Notes under the pieces: generated by a model | The model's database searches: none | Told to the model about the DNA's origin: nothing | The model's input: the letters and a program-made list of their open reading frames with translations, nothing else | Shown here: positions 14,658 to 19,201 of the stretch, in pieces | Layout of the letters: the number at the start of each line of letters is the position of its first letter | Position numbering within the stretch: the stretch's first letter is position 1 | Source of the DNA: an uncultured archaeon | GTDB taxonomy: Archaea; Iainarchaeota; Iainarchaeia; Iainarchaeales; CSSED10-239 | Direction: 5' to 3' | Length of the DNA stretch: 19,201 nucleotides | Assembly (NCBI GenBank): GCA_964496765.1 | Contig: CAZCAP010000014.1 | Location: 1-19,201, forward strand | Program-made: the position numbers and the translations under genes

Positions 14658-16097
14658 ATGATTATGGTACATGAAGAACTTATTAAAACTTTAAACCCAC
14701 ATCAAGCAGCCTATGTTAATTTTAATATCCCAGATGTAAAAAACGGAGAATACATGTTAGGTGTTTTCCATCTTCTTCCTGGTGGAAATTTAAATATCCT
14801 ACAAGCAGCCTGTGAGGTTGCTGCTGAATCATCAACGGGAACTAATTTTAAAGTAAACACAGAAACACCTTTCTCAAGAGAAATGAATGGGCTTGTGTAT
14901 CAACTGGATCTTGAAAAGAGTTTGGTTTGGATTGCCTATCCATGGAGATTATTTGATAGAAGAGGAAATATTCAAAATATACTTACCTATGTTGTTGGAA
15001 ACGTTCTTGGAATGAAAGAAGTATCTGCTCTTAAATTAATAGATGTTTGGTTTCCCACATCAATGCTTGATCAATTTGATGGACCAAGTTTTACTCTTGA
15101 TGACATGAGAAAGTATCTAGGAGTTTATGATAGACCAATACTTGGAACAATAGTTAAACCAAAAATGGGACTAACTTCATCAGAATATGCAGAAGTTTGC
15201 TATGACTTCTGGGTTGGTGGAGGAGACTTTGTTAAGAATGATGAACCTCAGGCAGATCAAGATTTCTGTCCCTATGATAAAATGGTTAAACATGTTAAAG
15301 AAGCAATGGATAAAGCTGTTAAAGAAACAGGACATAAAAAAGTTCATTCATTTAATGTTTCTGCATCTGATTTCGATACAATGATTAAAAGATGTGAGAT
15401 GATTATAGAAGCAGGATTTGAAAAAGGATCCTATGCATTCCTAATAGATGGAATAACTGCTGGATGGATGGCTGTTCAAACACTAAGAAGAAGATATCCA
15501 GATGTATTTATACACTTCCATAGAGCAGCACATGGAGCATTTACAAGACCAGAAAATCCATTTGGTTTCTCAGTACTTGTTTTATCTAAGTTTGCAAGAC
15601 TTGCAGGAGCAAGTGGAATACACACAGGAACTGCTGGCGTAGGTAAAATGGCAGGAACTCCAACAGAGGACATAACTGCTGCAGAAGGAATTCTTGATTT
15701 ATCAGCTAAAGGGCACATATTTACACAAAGCTGGGCAGAGATTTCCGAAACTGATGAAGATATATTAAAACTAATTAGAGAAGATCATGCACATCATATT
15801 ATTTTAGAAGATGATAGCTGGAGAGGTATGAAAAAATGCGCACCAATCATTTCTGGGGGGCTTAATCCAACTCTTCTAAAACCATTCATTGATGTTATGG
15901 GTGGAATTGATTTCATAACAACCATGGGTGCCGGGTGTCATGCTCATCCAAAGGGAACTAAATCAGGAGCAAAAGCACTTGTTCAGGCATGTGAAGCATA
16001 TCAAAAGAAAATAGACATACATGAATATGCACAAACACATCAGGAACTTGCAGAGGCAATAGATTTCTTTGAAAAAAAGAAAAAAGAATTGATCTGA
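14658..16097 (+). CDS. rbcL: Ribulose-1,5-bisphosphate carboxylase/oxygenase large subunit, form II/III-like
   Basis: GTIVKPKMGL, GGGDFVKNDEPQ (carbamylated Lys plus Mg ligands, in the form II-style KNDEPQ), HFHRAAHGA, SGGLNP and TMGAGCHAHPKG are all present. 479 aa. SD ggagag at 14651-14656. ATG 14664 is an alternative start. Confidence 0.95.
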   Translation: MIMVHEELIKTLNPHQAAYVNFNIPDVKNGEYMLGVFHLLPGGNLNILQAACEVAAESSTGTNFKVNTETPFSREMNGLVYQLDLEKSLVWIAYPWRLFDRRGNIQNILTYVVGNVLGMKEVSALKLIDVWFPTSMLDQFDGPSFTLDDMRKYLGVYDRPILGTIVKPKMGLTSSEYAEVCYDFWVGGGDFVKNDEPQADQDFCPYDKMVKHVKEAMDKAVKETGHKKVHSFNVSASDFDTMIKRCEMIIEAGFEKGSYAFLIDGITAGWMAVQTLRRRYPDVFIHFHRAAHGAFTRPENPFGFSVLVLSKFARLAGASGIHTGTAGVGKMAGTPTEDITAAEGILDLSAKGHIFTQSWAEISETDEDILKLIREDHAHHIILEDDSWRGMKKCAPIISGGLNPTLLKPFIDVMGGIDFITTMGAGCHAHPKGTKSGAKALVQACEAYQKKIDIHEYAQTHQELAEAIDFFEKKKKELI

Positions 16098-16107
16098 TCC
16101 ATTCCAT

Positions 16108-16130
16108 AGAGAAAAACTAAGTTTTTCTCT
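16108..16130 (+). terminator. Intrinsic-terminator-like hairpin plus T-run after rbcL
   Basis: agagaaaaac (16108-16117), loop taa, then gtttttctct (16121-16130) form a perfect 10-bp stem. tttttctatttttt follows on the + strand. The hairpin starts 11 nt after the rbcL TGA and overlaps the last codons and stop of the convergent membrane-protein gene. Confidence 0.6.
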
Positions 16131-16965
16131 TTTTTCTATTTTTTAATAAATTTATTTTACTCTCTTCTATTATTAATATATAGATTATCATTTCTTGAAC
16201 TAATCCAATAAACATTAATAATAGAACAAAAGGAGAACTATAATCACCTATTATGATGCAAGCAATTATTCCAAACAAGAAGAATGGTAGTCTAAACAAC
16301 CAAATTTCAAGTAGTTCTTTTAAATTTAATTTATTCTTTTCTCTTATTCTATTTTTTATAAATAAAACAATTGCAAATAATACAAATAAGAGATAAAGTA
16401 TTGCAAGTACAATGTAGGGATTTATATTTTTAATTATTGGAATAAAAGATAATCCTATATGTATTATTCCAATCAATAGATATAAGGGTAATGCAATAAT
16501 TAGAGAATTGATTGGTTTTTTTTCATAGAAATAAATAAATAAGAATGAAACCAATAACCAACCAATAAAATTAAATGGATTAATATTTGCAAAAAGAATA
16601 TTTGAAAAATTGGTCCATTTCCAAAGCCCGAGAGCAACTGATGGAGCTTCAAAAATAAAATCCACAGAAATAACAGACAATGCACAGATTAGTGCTTTAG
16701 TAAATCTATGTTTTGTTATTTTGGAAACCAATGTATAGGATGTAACAATAATAATACTCCATGAAAGAATAATAAATAAAGGAACATTAAATATAGAATA
16801 TAGAAAATTTTGATTATAGCTATATCCTCTAGATATTACTCCCAATAATTCAAAGATTGCAGAAAATATTAATGAATAGGCAAGCATCTTTCTTTTATCT
16901 TTGAAAAAGATAAAGAACAAAACAAATAGTATAATTATTGCGATCTCAATTAATGTATATATCAT
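16117..16965 (-). CDS. Polytopic membrane protein, DUF422/CruF-like (carotenoid-biosynthesis-associated membrane protein family)
   Basis: 282 aa with about 8 hydrophobic helices. FELLGVISRGYSYNQN...IFNVPLFIILSW and VDFIFEAPSVALGLWKWTNF...INPFNFIGW resemble the two conserved blocks I recall for this family (E..Gv.tG.Y.Y....vPl.i.l.W and D...EP.a...g.W.W....Nf.GW). The membrane topology is clear, but the family assignment is tentative. Confidence 0.5.
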   Translation of the reverse strand: MIYTLIEIAIIILFVLFFIFFKDKRKMLAYSLIFSAIFELLGVISRGYSYNQNFLYSIFNVPLFIILSWSIIIVTSYTLVSKITKHRFTKALICALSVISVDFIFEAPSVALGLWKWTNFSNILFANINPFNFIGWLLVSFLFIYFYEKKPINSLIIALPLYLLIGIIHIGLSFIPIIKNINPYIVLAILYLLFVLFAIVLFIKNRIREKNKLNLKELLEIWLFRLPFFLFGIIACIIIGDYSSPFVLLLMFIGLVQEMIIYILIIEESKINLLKNRKKRKT

Positions 16966-16999
16966 ACAAATAAACGAGTGGATAAATATTTAAAGTATT

Positions 17000-17167
17000 T
17001 TATTTAAGGTCAGTAATCATCTTATGCTTTTGTATCCACCTGACAATCCATTTTTTGATAAAACTGCTTTTATGAACTTGAATATCAAAATACCTTGTTC
17101 CATTTATTTTAATACCTGCAAGATCAAGAATATTTTGAACAGTAGGCCTATAATATTCTTCTCCCAT
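17000..17167 (-). pseudogene. Remnant (N-terminal ~40 aa only) of a cyclopropane-fatty-acyl-phospholipid-synthase-like SAM methyltransferase
   Basis: A 55-codon ORF below the track cutoff: MGEEYYRPTVQNILDLAGIKINGTRYFDIQVHKSSFIKKWIVRWIQKHKMITDLK*. Compare E. coli Cfa residues ~15-50 as I recall them, WYRIANELLSRAGIAINGSAPADIRVKNPDFFKRVL. Shared residues are YR, L, AGI.ING, DI.V and F.K. Similarity stops after ~40 aa and the whole methyltransferase domain is absent. Confidence 0.45.
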
Positions 17168-17208
17168 AAAAAGAATAATAATTAAAAGTGTTTAAAAATA
17201 TTAGTAAT

Positions 17209-17685
17209 CTAAATACGTTTATCTAATAACCCTTTTTTAATCATATCATCTAAAATTATAACATTTGGAGCAAGTTTATATTTTGAAAATGCAGATAACT
17301 GAATGTATTTCCAATCAGAAAATCCTTTTTCAAGCTTTGGAACTTTATTAGAGAATGCAACAAAATTGTATGATCTTCTTTTCTTCCCCTCTGAACTTAT
17401 AAAATCAATAAAAAAAGGTTTCAGATTAGATAATTTATTTTTACAATTAATGTTTGTCTCTTCTTTAGTTTCTCTAATTGCTGCATTTTTTAATGTATCA
17501 AATTTTGAATGGTTTAGTTTATCCCTAAGGTCAACCTTACCTCCTGGGAGTTCCCAATGTTTATGATCTTTTCTTTTTAATAATAGGATAGATGATTTTT
17601 CATTTTGTTTATTAATAATTATAATTCCTGAATTTACAACTCTTTTATTCTCAACGAATTTACATTTAACAGTATTATATTTCAT
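17209..17685 (-). CDS. Nudix-family hydrolase with an atypical (insertion-containing) Nudix box
   Basis: WELPGGKVDLRDKLNHSKFDTLKNAAIRETKEETNI. The REtxEE core and the upstream GG are clear. About 8 extra residues sit in the G-x5-E loop, the loop Glu is Asp, and the final Gly is Asn. Confidence 0.7.
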   Translation of the reverse strand: MKYNTVKCKFVENKRVVNSGIIIINKQNEKSSILLLKRKDHKHWELPGGKVDLRDKLNHSKFDTLKNAAIRETKEETNINCKNKLSNLKPFFIDFISSEGKKRRSYNFVAFSNKVPKLEKGFSDWKYIQLSAFSKYKLAPNVIILDDMIKKGLLDKRI

Positions 17686-17816
17686 AATTATAGCTTAGAA
17701 GAAAATATTTATATAACCTATTAAAAATAAATTAAGAATCCAACTAAAAAGAGGCTTAAACCAAAGAATTAAAATTACAAGATTTATAGTTATTACAATC
17801 TAATCTTTTTGATAAG

Positions 17817-18023
17817 CTACTTTTTCTTTTGATTATTCTTCTTTAATAAAATAAGATTTAGAATTAAACCAAAAACTGCAACTCCAGTTATTATATAGTT
17901 ATAATTTAAAACTTTATTTTGGACAACATGATTAATATTTAAAATCAGATTTATCAAACTGTAAACAGCAGCACCCGTCCAAAAACCAATACCAAATCTA
18001 AATGTATTCTTTGTTCTATTCAT
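17817..18023 (-). CDS. Small hypothetical membrane protein with two predicted TM helices and a Lys-rich tail
   Basis: 68 aa. Hydrophobic segments FGIGFWTGAAVYSLINLILNI and YIITGVAVFGLILNLILL, with the C-terminal tail KKNNQKKK. No homology recognised. Confidence 0.45.
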   Translation of the reverse strand: MNRTKNTFRFGIGFWTGAAVYSLINLILNINHVVQNKVLNYNYIITGVAVFGLILNLILLKKNNQKKK

Positions 18024-18045
18024 TTAATTACCTCTAAATCTCTTG

Positions 18046-18090
18046 AAAAGCTCCAGAGGAGCTTCTACCCTAAAGTGAAAAAGCTCCAGA
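18046..18090. repeat. Two direct copies of aaaagctccaga, 33 nt apart; the first copy extends to an 11-nt match with the tRNA-Thr 3' end
   Basis: aaaagctccaga occurs at 18046-18057 and again at 18079-18090. agctccagagg at 18049-18059 is identical to 19147-19157, which is the discriminator, 3' acceptor strand and start of the T stem of tRNA-Thr. The first copy also forms a hairpin, agctcc-aga-ggagct (18049-18063). Confidence 0.6.
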
Positions 18091-18098
18091 TTATTGAC

Positions 18099-19049
18099 TT
18101 ATTTGTTCATAGATTTCAAAAATTCTTGGATATCTTTAAGATATTGCTTGTATGCAAACTCCATTAAATAAGTTGGATCATCTTTTTCTACAGAATTAAC
18201 TAATGCATCAAAATATTGGTTTTTCTTGTCTGATATGTTAATTAATGGAAAACCGTTATCCAATAATGCCTTATTGAATAATAATCTACACACCCTTTTA
18301 TTTCCATCTAAAAATGGATGTATCTTATAGACTTCAAAATGAATAATTACTGCTTTTTCTAAAGGATTTATTCCAGTGTAATTATACCAATCTATTACTT
18401 TTTTTAATTTATCTACAATCAACCCATATCCTGGTGGTCTATACTTTATTTCAGAGTTTAAGATATCTTTTGTGTGTTTTAAATAAATATAAACTGGCCT
18501 ATCTCTGAAAAGTCCAGGTGTTTTTGTTTCAAAATCAGCCATTGCGGTTCTGTGAATGTTTCTAATATAATCTAAATTTAATCCTTGCTTGTTTTTTATA
18601 TATTCTAAAGCAGAAAGCATATTTTTACATATCTGCTCTCTTAAGTTCAAATCTTTTTCTTTTTTATTTACTGCCCCTAAGACATCTTTCATATCTACAT
18701 CTACTTCTTCTGTAGTAAGTGTTGTCAAAGTGAATAAAACCGTTTTATCAATATCATATTTGTTTCTTTTTGTTGGAGATAAAGAATTATATTTTTTAAA
18801 ATAGATTTCATTAAATAAAATAATTTGGATTAATTGTTTTTTTGTTAAATACTTGGTTTCAAATTTATTTGATAAATACTTCCTTATAATTTCATCACAA
18901 AAACTATCTTCAATAATATTTAATTCTGCAAGAGTTGGTTTCTTAGAACCAATATATTTACGAAAATTCTTGGTTTTATCTAAAATACGAAAGCTTAAGC
19001 TAAAATAATAATATTCTTTATCTTTAACTCTTTTCTTAATTATAGGCAT
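18099..19049 (-). CDS. Fic/Doc-family protein (Fido domain) with a Doc-like Lys in the active-site motif
   Basis: The active-site motif HPFLDGNKRVCR matches HxFx(D/E)GN(G/K)RxxR, with NKR as in Doc rather than the NGR of AMPylating Fic enzymes. It lies in the context EKAVIIHFEVYKIHPFLDGNKRVCRLLFNKALLDNGFPLI. The track ORF starts at TTG 19067, and ATG 19049 (MPIIKKRV...) is the likely start. Confidence 0.8.
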   Translation of the reverse strand: MPIIKKRVKDKEYYYFSLSFRILDKTKNFRKYIGSKKPTLAELNIIEDSFCDEIIRKYLSNKFETKYLTKKQLIQIILFNEIYFKKYNSLSPTKRNKYDIDKTVLFTLTTLTTEEVDVDMKDVLGAVNKKEKDLNLREQICKNMLSALEYIKNKQGLNLDYIRNIHRTAMADFETKTPGLFRDRPVYIYLKHTKDILNSEIKYRPPGYGLIVDKLKKVIDWYNYTGINPLEKAVIIHFEVYKIHPFLDGNKRVCRLLFNKALLDNGFPLINISDKKNQYFDALVNSVEKDDPTYLMEFAYKQYLKDIQEFLKSMNK

Positions 19050-19055
19050 ACATAT

Positions 19056-19133
19056 TTGGGGTAACAAACAGTTTATAAAATGTTACCCCAACTGTTGGGG
19101 TAACAAAATTAGTTTGAAGTGTAACCCCAACTT
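19056..19133. promoter_or_regulatory. Two tandem 39-nt units, each with 11-nt inverted arms (ttggggtaaca / tgttaccccaa), between tRNA-Thr and the fic start; candidate operator or recombination site
   Basis: Unit 1, 19056-19094: ttggggtaacaaacagtttataaaatgttaccccaactg. Unit 2, 19095-19133: ttggggtaacaaaattagtttgaagtgtaaccccaactt. The first 13 nt are identical. Of the last 14 nt, 12 are identical, and one of the two mismatches falls in the arm. The centres have diverged. Arms at 19081-19091 and 19095-19105 also form a perfect 11-bp palindrome with a 3-nt spacer. Confidence 0.55.
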
Positions 19134-19146
19134 TTAGTTTAAAATC

Positions 19147-19201
19147 AGCTCCAGAGGGGATTTGAACCCCCGACCTCGTCCTTACCAAGGACGCGCTCTA
19201 C
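19147..19201 (-). tRNA. tRNA-Thr (anticodon GGU), 3' portion only; the 5' part runs off the window; no encoded CCA
   Basis: The reverse complement reads G-TAGAGC-G-CGTCC-TTGGTAA-GGACG-AGGTC-GGGGG-TTCAAAT-CCCCT-CTGGAGC-T. This gives a perfect 5-bp anticodon stem, a loop with U33 and anticodon GGT (reads ACC/ACU), a 5-bp T stem, the T loop TTCAAAT, a 7-nt acceptor 3' strand and discriminator T. It is followed by gatttt, not CCA. Confidence 0.85.

Noticed and set aside
503-18804. Sixteen 60-114-aa ORFs in the track that lie antisense to, or out of frame within, larger genes: 503-793, 1184-1528, 1760-1942, 2498-2683, 2815-3012, 5324-5530, 7633-7836, 8881-9141, 9603-9788, 11633-11833, 12716-12916, 15187-15384, 15476-15718, 16500-16685, 17303-17566, 18589-18804.
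   Set aside because: Each is fully embedded in a longer ORF with a clear family assignment or coherent domain structure. Their translations are low-complexity S/F/L/I-rich strings, typical of the antisense of K/E/N-rich AT-rich genes. None has a motif or a plausible start context.
18024-19146. Fic/Doc gene as the toxin of a classical two-gene toxin-antitoxin pair (Phd-Doc-like).
   Set aside because: The 79 nt upstream of fic contain no antitoxin-sized ORF, only the palindromic units. The downstream 68-aa ORF is a two-TM membrane protein separated from fic by 75 nt and a hairpin. A degenerate internal inhibitory-helix-like segment (TLTTEEV) may exist, but I cannot verify it by eye.
1-19201. 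CRISPR arrays, transposase/IS ends, integrase, reverse transcriptase/DGR template-variable repeat pairs, C/D-box sRNAs in intergenic gaps, and stop-codon recoding.
   Set aside because: I saw no regularly spaced direct repeats, no recombinase or RT motifs in any ORF, and no RUGAUGA...CUGA box pairs in the larger gaps (5584-5765, 13117-13279, 17686-17816). All genes read through cleanly with the standard code and use TAA, TAG and TGA as stops.

Overview
AT-rich (roughly 30% GC by eye), very gene-dense 19.2-kb window. Both edges are partial minus-strand tRNA genes: tRNA-Arg(CCU) on the left and tRNA-Thr(GGU) on the right. I call 18 protein-coding genes, one gene remnant missed by the ORF track, two hairpin terminators, two oligo-T tracts and two repeat clusters. 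Most content is housekeeping: short-LID adenylate kinase, SMC, seryl-tRNA synthetase, SlyD-type FKBP, an alpha/beta hydrolase, a GNAT, a Nudix hydrolase and a PNPOx-like flavoprotein. Several features fit a small-genome (DPANN-like) archaeon: an archaea-type ThrRS editing domain, a form II/III-type RuBisCO, oligo-T runs right after stop codons, a tRNA with no encoded CCA, and signal-peptide/C-terminal-anchor surface proteins rich in N-x-S/T sequons. A CPR bacterium cannot be excluded from sequence alone, because strong GGAGG-type SD sites and hairpin terminators are also present. I found no CRISPR array, transposase, integrase, reverse transcriptase or recognisable multi-gene defence system. 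The points most worth a second look are listed here. (1) A free-standing ThrRS-editing-domain homologue co-oriented with smc and an orphan minimal histidine kinase. (2) A Fic/Doc-family gene next to tRNA-Thr, bracketed by an 11-nt copy of the tRNA 3' end and preceded by two tandem 39-nt palindromic units. (3) A stand-alone form II/III RuBisCO. (4) Two adjacent surface proteins sharing a SET...GFFT + TM + basic-tail C-terminus. (5) A 55-codon remnant of a cyclopropane-fatty-acid-synthase-like gene. All functional calls rest on motif recognition by eye. None has been checked by a database search.
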